Positions 1 through 8,506 of a stretch of 64,000 nt of DNA are shown here, piece after piece; positions within the stretch are counted from its first letter, which is position 1, and each line of letters starts with the position of its first letter. The notes below the pieces were generated by a model. That model ran no database searches. It was not told the origin of the DNA and worked only from the letters and a program-made list of their open reading frames with translations. A program made the translations under genes and the position numbers. Source of the DNA: a virus; the IMG/VR virus record IMGVR_UViG_3300045988_161114, positions 120,640 to 184,639 of that record, one strand, 5' to 3'.

Positions 1-111
1 AATTACATTAGGATCGGATTCTAGCTGTTCAAAGAAGGCATATTCATATGCTGAGCGGTATTTCATATAAGATCTGTTCTTTACAGATTTATACATACCG
101 CTTTTGTACAT
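1..111 (-). CDS. 5' end of an ORF that runs out of the window (partial, product unknown)
   Basis: Minus-strand ATG at 111-109 opens a frame (MYKSGMYKSVKNRSYMKYRSAYEYAFFEQLESDPNVI...) that stays open to nt 1. Too short for the ORF track and has no clear RBS. Confidence 0.25.
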   Translation of the reverse strand, partial: MYKSGMYKSVKNRSYMKYRSAYEYAFFEQLESDPNVI

Positions 112-136
112 ATCATTTTTATTGAAATATATTCCG

Positions 137-1525
137 TTATTTTTCTTGCTCTTTTTTCTTGGCATTTAAGAGCTCCTGAATTGCTGGATCTACATATCCA
201 TTGCCGCTTGATGCTCCGACACTTTTTAATATCATTTCAATCTTAGATGACAGTGAAGCCATTTCTGATGTCATACCACTTTGAATAGTGTCAACTGCTA
301 CTTTTGCTGCATCTTTTCTAGTTGCCATCAGCGTTTCTAATATTTTAAGGCGATTCTTTTTAATGCGTTCTTTTATATTAAAATACTTAGATACGTCTTC
401 TTTTATTATTTGTCCACCATTTGCATCAAAACCATAGAAATCTTCTTGAGACATATTTTGATCTTGAAGAGCTAACATAAGTGTTGCTCTCCTTTCATAC
501 AGATCAAGTTCAGACAATTCAGATATCAGATGCATTTCAGTTATTCTACTAGGATCAGCATTGAATTCGTCTAGATATCCTTCTATTGATTGTCTTAGAT
601 ATGTTTGTTCATATATACATTGTGATCCTATTGGGGCTTTATTAATCTTATTAAGTTCACAGTTGTGAACTAAGATACCATTTGCAAAGAAATTAGAATT
701 CAGATTCACAGTTATGTCGTATACATCTTCTATTCCTGAATATTCGATACTCACTATTTCAGATTCTAGAAGATCTCCATATTGATTTACATTTTCAATA
801 TTTGTTTCTAATTCCTCATTGTAAAATAAATCAGTTACTAAAACCTTATGTCCTACTTCTAAACCATCATCAATAGAGATATATGAATATACATCTCCGT
901 TAAAAGCATAGAATAAATGATTTGTTGTAACTTTTAAAGAATGACCGTGTTCAGTAACAACAGTGTAGACTTCTTGTCTACCTGTTGGTATAACTGATCC
1001 TATAACTATATCACTACGGATTTCTTGTGTTTTAGTATCAAAGCTATATATTTTATCTTTGTCTACTATATCGGTTATCTTTTTAGCTATTCCATATCTC
1101 ATAGATACTAGTGTATCACCAGTTACACATGTTTCAGCAAATGGACATTTAGAACCTCTACATATCATTGGTGCTGCTGCTGTTACACCTCCAGAAGTCA
1201 TTTTAGCAATACTTTTATTAAGATTCTTTGCTTCATCTTCTGTTAATGCAATATGTTTATATTGATCTTCATCAATATCAAATGCTCTTAAGTAATTTGT
1301 TTTGGTTAGTTTATCACCACTAACAGCTATTGCTTGTGATGATAACAAAATTGGAATTGTTTTACTAGTATCACTACCAGAGGATATGGATTTCATTTTA
1401 TCTTCTAAAACAGATTCTACAACTGTTTTACTTTTATTAGAATTTGTCAGTTGTTCTGACAAATTGAATACAGTATCTAGTTCCGATTTAGGAATTCCTT
1501 TACCATAATTGAATTCATTATTCAT
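137..1525 (-). CDS. Intein-interrupted protein, host protein not recognised
   Basis: 462-aa ORF. Residues 133-288 form a Hint-type mini-intein. The extein junction is Cys-rich: ...MICRGSKCPFAET / CELNKINKAPIGSQC... Confidence 0.85.
   Translation of the reverse strand: MNNEFNYGKGIPKSELDTVFNLSEQLTNSNKSKTVVESVLEDKMKSISSGSDTSKTIPILLSSQAIAVSGDKLTKTNYLRAFDIDEDQYKHIALTEDEAKNLNKSIAKMTSGGVTAAAPMICRGSKCPFAETCVTGDTLVSMRYGIAKKITDIVDKDKIYSFDTKTQEIRSDIVIGSVIPTGRQEVYTVVTEHGHSLKVTTNHLFYAFNGDVYSYISIDDGLEVGHKVLVTDLFYNEELETNIENVNQYGDLLESEIVSIEYSGIEDVYDITVNLNSNFFANGILVHNCELNKINKAPIGSQCIYEQTYLRQSIEGYLDEFNADPSRITEMHLISELSELDLYERRATLMLALQDQNMSQEDFYGFDANGGQIIKEDVSKYFNIKERIKKNRLKILETLMATRKDAAKVAVDTIQSGMTSEMASLSSKIEMILKSVGASSGNGYVDPAIQELLNAKKKEQEK
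662..1129 (-). mobile_element. Mini-intein (about 156 aa, no homing-endonuclease domain)
   Basis: N-terminal block CVTGDTLVSM (Cys1 codon at 1129-1127). C-terminal block GILVHN followed by the +1 Cys (Asn codon 664-662). The length is too short for an endonuclease insert. Confidence 0.8.
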
Positions 1526-1740
1526 ATTTTTTCCTATTGTTAAATATCTTATAATCTTTTAGAAATGTTATTAAAATAACTAATAATAAATAAAAAGCTG
1601 TAAATGATATAAGTAAGTCTCGTTATTTAATAAGACATTCCATTTAAGCTTATAATCTTTTTAATATAGTATACAATATTTATATTTTTTAAACAATATA
1701 TTTATTTATATTTTTTAATATGATCCCATATTTTCTTGTA

Positions 1741-2500
1741 GTGTATTATAACACTGCGTTCTTGTGGAACGCTGTGTTTAAAAATTTAAAAATGTTTAGA
1801 CATCTGTTGAAGAATTGTTTAAAATAGATGTATACATTTTTAATAGATACAATTAGGCCTAGCAAAGCAAGGCTTTCATCTAAAAAGATATAGCTGTATC
1901 TGCCATGTTATTCCCAGTTCCACTTTCGTAACTTCCTTTGCGATTATCAAGCAGTGATCCAAATGATCATCAGAAGTAAGCTTTTACACTTTGTCGTGTC
2001 TTAACTAACAGGATATTGATTACTCCAAGTGTCGTTATTTCGCAACACTCTGTTAAGTTCTGGTTCATTATATTTATAGTCGAGCAACTTTTATAAGTTG
2101 CTAGGTTATATCTCATTGCACTATCTATATAACCCTAAAGTTGTCTGTCTGACCATACGGCTCGATTTCGAGGATAATCCGTTATTTGCAACAGGTCATT
2201 ATTTTTATACTGCCCAACTTTCATAACTCTTTATGTATTACTTTTTGTAAGGGAGCTTACACAGGGAGAATTACGCTACTTCAACAAACAGTTTTTCGAT
2301 ACCTCCCTAGCTAGGCTTGCCCACATCTTGGGAGATCATTATACTTTCGCTACCGGCCTCTACCGATTATTCTATGAGTTACTTGGTATAAGGTCAACTC
2401 TCTTTTAGTTCCGATGCCGTAGTTTATCCCGACTAGATACTAACCTCAACGAGTTAACAGAGCGAATTATACTCTCATTTTATACAGTTGTGTGTTAAGG
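1741..2500. ncRNA. Candidate large structured non-coding RNA #1 (family and strand unresolved)
   Basis: 1526-2658 has no ORF of 60 aa or more in any frame. The core is clearly less AT-rich than its flanks and is full of local helices (agcaactt/aagttgct, ctccc/gggag, gtaag/cttac, tgacc/ggtca, ctcga/tcgag). Confidence 0.4.
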
Positions 2501-2574
2501 AAGTGTAAAAAATAATGTAAAAATATTTTTACATATACTAAAAATAAGTGGTTGTTTTTAAATATAAAAAAGTT

Positions 2575-2603
2575 TTGACTTTTTATAAAAACATAGGTAT
2601 AAT
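2575..2603 (+). promoter_or_regulatory. Consensus sigma70-type promoter
   Basis: TTGACT (2575-2580), a 17-nt spacer, then TATAAT (2598-2603). It lies about 55 nt upstream of the ATG at 2659. Confidence 0.7.
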
Positions 2604-2658
2604 TCAAATCTTAGTCACCACAAAGAAGATTATTATTTTTTATTTAAGGATTTAAATT

Positions 2659-3486
2659 ATGCGTTTTGGCAATACTTACGAAGACAGAATTTTCTTTCAC
2701 CAACCAGAAAGACTGACATTTTACAACCTACAAAATACTTGTGCACTGTGCCGTACCGGCCGCACTATGGTAACAACCCATAAAAAATATGGTAACATTG
2801 TTGACATCTGGGGCTCAAACGATTACTGTACAGGATACCTGTCAAATGCTTTTGTAAACATGCAAAAGAAAGACTATAACGAAAAAGTATATAAACTAGA
2901 AATATACCCTGTAGTGTACATGGTTTCAGAAGAGGAAAGAAAATCAATGGCAGGTATTGAAGAACTTGAAAACAAATATATTCTTAATTCTGCATTGATG
3001 GTTTATAGATCTGGAAAACATCCTCAATACAATGTATCGGTAGCTAAAACAGATTATAATCATGTTAAGGTAAAAATGAATTACAACGTAATTCTAGAGC
3101 AATCACTAGATGGTGTTGTATTACCGCTACGAGAACTGATAGCAAGGATGACAGTATCAGCGATCAACTACAATAGAGCGATTAAGTTTATTCCTCATCA
3201 AGATATGATTATTGAACTGTGTATACCACAATCTGTTATGGATGAGATCAAAATGGAGCAAGACAGTGAACAAACAGACTTCGATAGTGAAGCGTTACTG
3301 ATAAAACTTCTTGCGAATGTTCTTGGTTCTGATTTTGGAAGCTTCTCAAATAAATTCAATAGAGATAAATTCAAGATCAAAATAATCGATGACTCAACCG
3401 AAGTAAAAGCCGAAAATAATTTACCGGCAGTGTACAGAGAATTGATTGATGTATATCGCGGATCATTCGTTTCAAATCCTCTATAA
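2659..3486 (+). CDS. Hypothetical protein
   Basis: 275-aa ORF downstream of the consensus promoter and followed by a strong hairpin terminator. Confidence 0.8.
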   Translation: MRFGNTYEDRIFFHQPERLTFYNLQNTCALCRTGRTMVTTHKKYGNIVDIWGSNDYCTGYLSNAFVNMQKKDYNEKVYKLEIYPVVYMVSEEERKSMAGIEELENKYILNSALMVYRSGKHPQYNVSVAKTDYNHVKVKMNYNVILEQSLDGVVLPLRELIARMTVSAINYNRAIKFIPHQDMIIELCIPQSVMDEIKMEQDSEQTDFDSEALLIKLLANVLGSDFGSFSNKFNRDKFKIKIIDDSTEVKAENNLPAVYRELIDVYRGSFVSNPL

Positions 3487-3493
3487 AAGTAGA

Positions 3494-3525
3494 AAGCCCT
3501 AGCTTCTGTGCTAGGGCTTTTTTAT
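3494..3525. terminator. Hairpin terminator between convergent genes
   Basis: aagccctagc / gctagggctt 10-bp stem, loop ttctgt, then T-run. It sits between the stops of 2659..3486(+) and 3522..4010(-). Confidence 0.7.
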
Positions 3526-4010
3526 GGCTTAATCCATGTTATTTTCAATGTATTATCACCAGACTCTTCTATATACTTCAAAAGATACCCTAAGGCCTCG
3601 AACCCATCAATAGGTTCATAGAATCCTCTGGAATCAAACTTGGTACTCGCGCCTATAAGGATAAATCTACCATAAATCTTATCTATTCCGTCTGCGGCAA
3701 CTGGTAAAAAACAATGTCCAGTTCTATCTGTAGACTTAACTTTAGCCCTTAAGCATACGCCTAGTGATTCATTAAATATGAATGGATATCTCTTTCCGTT
3801 AACAGGGGATTTTTCAATGGAGATGGTATATGAACCATCTTTTATACATGATAAACCCGTAATACCATTCGGTGAATCATTATTGTAGTCCCAAGGAGAC
3901 TCAAGTGTATAGATGTAGACATCCTTACCAGAAAGATTCAGCTTAATGCGTCCATGTACGCCATACTCTCGCGCGATTGCATGGTTTTGTTTCAATCTTT
4001 CTAATATCAT
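3522..4010 (-). CDS. Hypothetical protein (resembles the DUF5675-type phage proteins; weak)
   Basis: 162-aa ORF, last gene of the minus-strand operon. Its start overlaps the upstream stop. Confidence 0.7.
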   Translation of the reverse strand: MILERLKQNHAIAREYGVHGRIKLNLSGKDVYIYTLESPWDYNNDSPNGITGLSCIKDGSYTISIEKSPVNGKRYPFIFNESLGVCLRAKVKSTDRTGHCFLPVAADGIDKIYGRFILIGASTKFDSRGFYEPIDGFEALGYLLKYIEESGDNTLKITWIKP

Positions 4011-4399
4011 TTTTTGTCATCCATAGTATCTTCGATCTTTTCTACGGACTTCTTCATAGATTCAAGCCTTTTATCAAACTTGTCAAGATTTTTCATCTCT
4101 CTTAATTGTAATTTGATAGAATCTAAATCACTACGAATGGCACTAAATTTACTCTTTATATCTCTTTCGCTATACCTTCTTATAGTTTCTATATCCATCC
4201 TATTGCTAGATGACATAGATATCATATCTTTAATCATGTCTTCTGTTTCTACAATTCTTAACTCCAATTTAGAAATGTTTTCGTTAAGAGCGTTATACTT
4301 TGTATCAACATAATAATTAGCGGATATGTTTGCAATTAAAATTACAAGAGAAGATAGCGTCAAAAATATGTGGTTACACCATATTTTTCTGCAATCCAT
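4007..4399 (-). CDS. Membrane-anchored coiled-coil protein
   Basis: 130 aa. N-terminal hydrophobic helix followed by heptad-like, charged sequence. Confidence 0.7.
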   Translation of the reverse strand: MDCRKIWCNHIFLTLSSLVILIANISANYYVDTKYNALNENISKLELRIVETEDMIKDMISMSSSNRMDIETIRRYSERDIKSKFSAIRSDLDSIKLQLREMKNLDKFDKRLESMKKSVEKIEDTMDDKK

Positions 4400-4427
4400 T
4401 TAAACTCCCTAAGTTCTGAGTTATGAA

Positions 4428-4727
4428 TTAACTCTTATGTGGAAAATATATTGGTTCGTCTTGTGAAGTTTCCCTTTCAATAACAGGAGCATCTTCCTCA
4501 GCTGTTTCTTGTGATGTCTCATCGACAGCAGCTTTATACTTTTCATTCACAAATCTAGTTGCAACATTAGAGCCCAGATATGCCATAGAAATTGTGATAA
4601 CAATATCTTTGTAGACAGTGCTATCAATTCTATTAATCAATAGGATGCTACTGACTAGTGCTATGACACTCAACGAAAAGACGAACTTTCTTGATAGAAA
4701 GTTTAGAGCATATTCTTTGATCGACAT
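4428..4727 (-). CDS. Small membrane protein
   Basis: 99 aa with one clear TM segment and an acidic C-terminus. Confidence 0.65.
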   Translation of the reverse strand: MSIKEYALNFLSRKFVFSLSVIALVSSILLINRIDSTVYKDIVITISMAYLGSNVATRFVNEKYKAAVDETSQETAEEDAPVIERETSQDEPIYFPHKS

Positions 4728-4728
4728 T

Positions 4729-5055
4729 TTATCTTTCCTTCATTAAGTATTTGATATCAGATTCATGTCTGTCAAGAATTTTTCTCATTTCGTCCATTTC
4801 TCTTTTATAGGACTCATTTTGTACAGCAGCTTCGGATCTGGTGTACATATCATTTCGAAGTTTTTGTATATCTTGTGATAACTGTGCAACCTGATTTGCA
4901 GAGTTTTGTATATTGTTGTTGATGGAAGCTAAACTCCATGTACTATATACGACAAAGCACATCATCGACCAAAAGGTAGCAATACCAATTGTTTTAGGAA
5001 TTGTCACTCCAAAAACAACATAGCCGTTGTTGTTGCTTTCTTTTGCTTCAGACAT
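4729..5055 (-). CDS. Membrane-anchored coiled-coil protein
   Basis: 108 aa with a TM segment then a coiled-coil-like tail. Abuts the next gene. Confidence 0.7.
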   Translation of the reverse strand: MSEAKESNNNGYVVFGVTIPKTIGIATFWSMMCFVVYSTWSLASINNNIQNSANQVAQLSQDIQKLRNDMYTRSEAAVQNESYKREMDEMRKILDRHESDIKYLMKER

Positions 5056-5143
5056 TTAAATCCCCTATCTTAGCATTGTGTTCAAAAATCATGCAAGGGA
5101 TTTCATTTTGAAAAAGAGTGCGTTTGGGGTCGCATCAATACAA

Positions 5144-5725
5144 TCACACTTTCATGTTCATATTGGCTCTTTTCCAACCATACCCTCCTACACTCTCAGG
5201 TGCAGTCTTCCGATACATAGAGAATGAATCAAGTGCTGATTGCGAAGCAGCACGTGCCTTTTCGGAATTCTGAATCAAAGATTGTGAGAAGGACATTCTT
5301 GGTAGCTTGGAAACAATATCTTGCCCAGAGCTACGACTCATGATATGTGCACGTTGAAACGAATCCATATCAGAAATGATTCTTCCAGCAGCACCTCTCC
5401 TAAATCCTCTGAATGCACCAAATGCAGCACCAAGTGCAGCACCTGATTTCAAACCATCAAGAGTCTTATCAGTAACATCACCACCAGTAGCCATAGCAAT
5501 AGCAGCATTCATGCCACCAATTGTAGCAGCCCCTGTAGTGATAGACCCTAAGAATCTTGAACGAGATTCTGCTTGTGTGATAAAACCAGAGTTCTTAAAT
5601 AGTTTTTCTGTTTGCGAAGCAGGGGTATTTAGAACCTTGTTCGCAATAACACTCATGGTTTCATCAGCTGTTGGTGCGCCACCTTTTTTAGCAAATGCAC
5701 CAGTAAGTTTATTGAACAGACCCAT
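5144..5725 (-). CDS. Gly/Ala-rich protein
   Basis: The ORF track starts at a TTG (5731). The ATG at 5725 is 2 nt after the upstream stop. Contains Gly-zipper-like GxxxG runs. Confidence 0.65.
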   Translation of the reverse strand: MGLFNKLTGAFAKKGGAPTADETMSVIANKVLNTPASQTEKLFKNSGFITQAESRSRFLGSITTGAATIGGMNAAIAMATGGDVTDKTLDGLKSGAALGAAFGAFRGFRRGAAGRIISDMDSFQRAHIMSRSSGQDIVSKLPRMSFSQSLIQNSEKARAASQSALDSFSMYRKTAPESVGGYGWKRANMNMKV

Positions 5726-5727
5726 AA

Positions 5728-6270
5728 TCAAATGACTCCGTTACGTTTTAAGAAGCTCTCAAATTCCGGACCTCTGTCAAAGTCCTCTTTAGGACTTGGA
5801 CTCCAGCTATTTGCAGCATTTCTTGTTTGGAAATCTTTTCTGAACAAACCTTCAAATGCTTTAGCATCTCCAGGTCCAGCCCCATCAAATGCACTAGCAA
5901 AAGCTTTGTCCATGTGTTTACTTCCTCCATTCATCCCTGAACCAGCATCAAATCCGGCCATAGCCTCTGAAACAGCTTTCTTAGCGCCAGTTGCACTGGC
6001 AGCTAAATCACTAGCAAGGTTACGGAATCCAGTTGATTTGTGAGCAGCGTAAGCAATGCCCGCGCCGGCAATCGCACCAAAGGTGCCACCACCAACTGTA
6101 CCTCCAAATGCTGTAGTGTTGTCGGACAAGATGCCATTTCCTAAGCCATAGGCTGCGCCAGCAGCGGCACCAACACCGACCCCACCTGTCCATTGTGGAG
6201 CAATTTCGGATTTACCAAGGAAGTTTTGTACTCTAGCATACATACTGAAACGTTTATTGGCGATAGCCAT
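5728..6270 (-). CDS. Glycine-zipper-type Gly/Ala-rich protein
   Basis: 180 aa, with GVGVGAAAGAAYGLGNG...GGTVGGGTFGAIAGAGIAYA. First gene of the minus-strand operon. Confidence 0.65.
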   Translation of the reverse strand: MAIANKRFSMYARVQNFLGKSEIAPQWTGGVGVGAAAGAAYGLGNGILSDNTTAFGGTVGGGTFGAIAGAGIAYAAHKSTGFRNLASDLAASATGAKKAVSEAMAGFDAGSGMNGGSKHMDKAFASAFDGAGPGDAKAFEGLFRKDFQTRNAANSWSPSPKEDFDRGPEFESFLKRNGVI

Positions 6271-6305
6271 AAAGTACGCTCCTTGTAAGATTGAATTAAA
6301 AATTT

Positions 6306-6337
6306 TTCTAGATCTAGAAACACTTTTATAGTGTTTC
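6306..6337. promoter_or_regulatory. Palindromic operator-like site in a divergent control region
   Basis: Perfect 14-bp palindrome TTCTAGATCTAGAA (6306-6319), overlapping the hairpin gaaacac/gtgtttc. It lies just upstream of the minus-strand operon start. Confidence 0.35.
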
Positions 6338-6744
6338 CAATATAATACTATACATATTTGTTTTTGGGTAGACCGAAAGTGCCATTGGGGAAATATTTTT
6401 GATATATATAATTTTTGGGAGAATTTAATATTGATTTAAGGGAGAAGTGATTTATTTTGCCCCCGGGGTGATGTGAGGGAGAGAAGAAGACCGAGAGTGA
6501 TAATGGATAAGCACTATAAAAATATAATTATTGAAACCTAATGTAAACACAAAATACATCTGCACTTCGACTGAGCACAATATATAAAATAAGTACATCT
6601 ATTGTTAGTCTGAGCACCTGGTGTGTATTTTATGGTTTCTTGTGGAGTGGGGTATAGTCCGGGATTTGCCCCCTGGACTGTATCCATGTTATTACATCAT
6701 CCACATTCATTAGATTAATTTTATTTTTATAAGGAGTAACCAAA

Positions 6745-6891
6745 ATGGTTAAATTCATCATCGCTTTAGTAGTATTCTTCTCAGTCCTGTTTTGCGGAAT
6801 TGAATCTTTAATGAGCTCATCCAAAGCAGCTGATGCATTAAGTAGTCGTAATGCAGTAATCGAATGCAAGGTTGAAGGCAATTGTAAGTAA
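6745..6891 (+). CDS. Small secreted or membrane peptide (48 aa)
   Basis: AAGGAG RBS 8 nt upstream of the ATG. Sequence: MVKFIIALVVFFSVLFCG.... Preferred over the antisense 83-aa ORF 6630..6881. Confidence 0.55.
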   Translation: MVKFIIALVVFFSVLFCGIESLMSSSKAADALSSRNAVIECKVEGNCK

Positions 6892-6959
6892 TTATCTTAT
6901 TTTTATTAATTTATTTGTTTTTCAATTCTATTTTTTATTTTTTAAGAAAGGTTTATATT

Positions 6960-7130
6960 ATGAAAAGCCCAATCAAATTCCGTTGGATCTTGGTTATCCT
7001 GTTTGCAGTATTTATGTTTAATACTGTTAATAATAGTCTTAAACGTTCAGACTATAACCATTGTCTTGTTACGTCTAAAATGACATCTGAGCAATGTCAA
7101 TCTTTAACTGGTTATCAACTAAATAAGTAA
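6960..7130 (+). CDS. Small membrane protein
   Basis: An internal ATG (MKSPIKFRWILVILFAVFMF...) was chosen over the upstream alternative start of the ORF track. Confidence 0.55.
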   Translation: MKSPIKFRWILVILFAVFMFNTVNNSLKRSDYNHCLVTSKMTSEQCQSLTGYQLNK

Positions 7131-7145
7131 TTTAAGGAGATTAAA

Positions 7146-7481
7146 ATGGTTAAATTTGAAAACAAAAACCAAGTAATTGATACACTGAATTCTGCTGAGC
7201 TTTGGCTTGGCATTTTCAAAGATGTTGAGGATCAATTCTATTTAAAAATGGAATGCTTTGATGATCCAAGTCATCTTGTGATACAATTGGATTATTACTG
7301 TGATCATTGGCTTGAACCATTGCTTTATAATGCCCGATTGCGTGAGTGCATTAAATGGTTTATTGATAATAATAAATCATTAGATGAGCTGAATGACGTT
7401 ATCAATGATGCACTTATAGGTAAGACATCTTATCTAGTGCCTCGTAAACCAATAGAAGAGGATGATGAAATCCCCTTCTAA
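7146..7481 (+). CDS. Hypothetical protein
   Basis: 111 aa with a TAAGGAG RBS. Confidence 0.75.
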   Translation: MVKFENKNQVIDTLNSAELWLGIFKDVEDQFYLKMECFDDPSHLVIQLDYYCDHWLEPLLYNARLRECIKWFIDNNKSLDELNDVINDALIGKTSYLVPRKPIEEDDEIPF

Positions 7482-7612
7482 AAATAATATAGCCTTATAG
7501 AAATATAGGGCTTATTCGAAACACCCCTGTAGCATATGGGGTGTCTAGTGGAATTGACCTACCACTACTGATGAGATTGGTCTTTTATAACTTTCTTCAA
7601 AAGGATATCAAA

Positions 7613-8350
7613 ATGAAATTAAATTTACAAAAACTCGACATCGAAAGAGAATACTTCATTGAAAAAGAGGTAATCGTTTCTATGGATGGGACAGATCCAG
7701 AATCTTACGTAAAATACGTAAGCAATCCCGGATTTATGTGGCTTTCAGACATCATAGAAAATAAAATGCACTTTCTTCAAAAAGAAAGGGGCACTCAAAG
7801 GTATAAAGAGTATGAGTACGAAGACGATTACTACCTCTGGGATTTCTATGACAAAAGAAATACAGAGATGCCTCCAAGCGATGGAACTTATACATCAGTC
7901 CATTATCATGGTCTTGAAGCGTATACGGATCTAGGTTCTTTAGATGATAAAATAACTCCTATTATCACTAAAGATGTAGTAATATGCGGGTCCGACGTTC
8001 CGATAGGTCGTGTTGGTATTGTATTCGATGGCATAATTCACCGCGCCTTTTTTGTTGATGTAATGTCACACAAGAAAGAAAGGGATTCTGTTGACAGAAG
8101 TATGTCTATAAGAGAGGATGTGTTTTATGCAATGTCTAAGGCTATTATTGGCAAACGTCAATATATAGAGACATATTCTTCATGCAGGAATATACTTGGC
8201 ATATGGGTCGAGTATTTTAAAGATGAAGAAGATGAGTTTAGTATCAGAAACATGGCAAATAAACTAAATGTTCCTATTTCTAATATTACAATACCTAATA
8301 GAGTCGGGAGACACAAAGATGGAAATGAATTAAAAAATTATCTTTTTTAA
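7613..8350 (+). CDS. Hypothetical protein
   Basis: The ATG at 7613 has an AAGGA RBS. The ORF-track start at 7541 is a GTG. Confidence 0.75.
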   Translation: MKLNLQKLDIEREYFIEKEVIVSMDGTDPESYVKYVSNPGFMWLSDIIENKMHFLQKERGTQRYKEYEYEDDYYLWDFYDKRNTEMPPSDGTYTSVHYHGLEAYTDLGSLDDKITPIITKDVVICGSDVPIGRVGIVFDGIIHRAFFVDVMSHKKERDSVDRSMSIREDVFYAMSKAIIGKRQYIETYSSCRNILGIWVEYFKDEEDEFSIRNMANKLNVPISNITIPNRVGRHKDGNELKNYLF

Positions 8351-8444
8351 TAATATTAGTCCTGAGTATGACTATAAACTGCTCCTGTATATGGATGTGT
8401 ATCCATACTGTTGAGTACAAAAGTACGAAACAGCTTTCTTCATG

Positions 8445-8480
8445 GGTTTATAGTACAGCCTTACTATAAACCTTTATTTT
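8445..8480 (+). terminator. Strong hairpin upstream of the first RNAP-like gene
   Basis: ggtttatagta / tactataaacc form a perfect 11-bp stem, followed by TTTATTTT. Confidence 0.5.
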
Positions 8481-8506
8481 AACTTGTCTATAGAAAGGAC
8501 ATTATT

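Noticed and set aside
5376-6043. Plus-strand ORFs (119 and 103 aa) opposite the Gly/Ala-rich genes.
   Set aside because: This is the same antisense artefact of GGN/GCN-rich coding. The minus-strand genes are operon-packed with overlapping stop and start codons.
6630-6881. 83-aa minus-strand ORF.
   Set aside because: A 48-aa plus-strand ORF with an AAGGAG RBS and a signal-like N-terminus occupies the same DNA and matches the orientation of the downstream genes.
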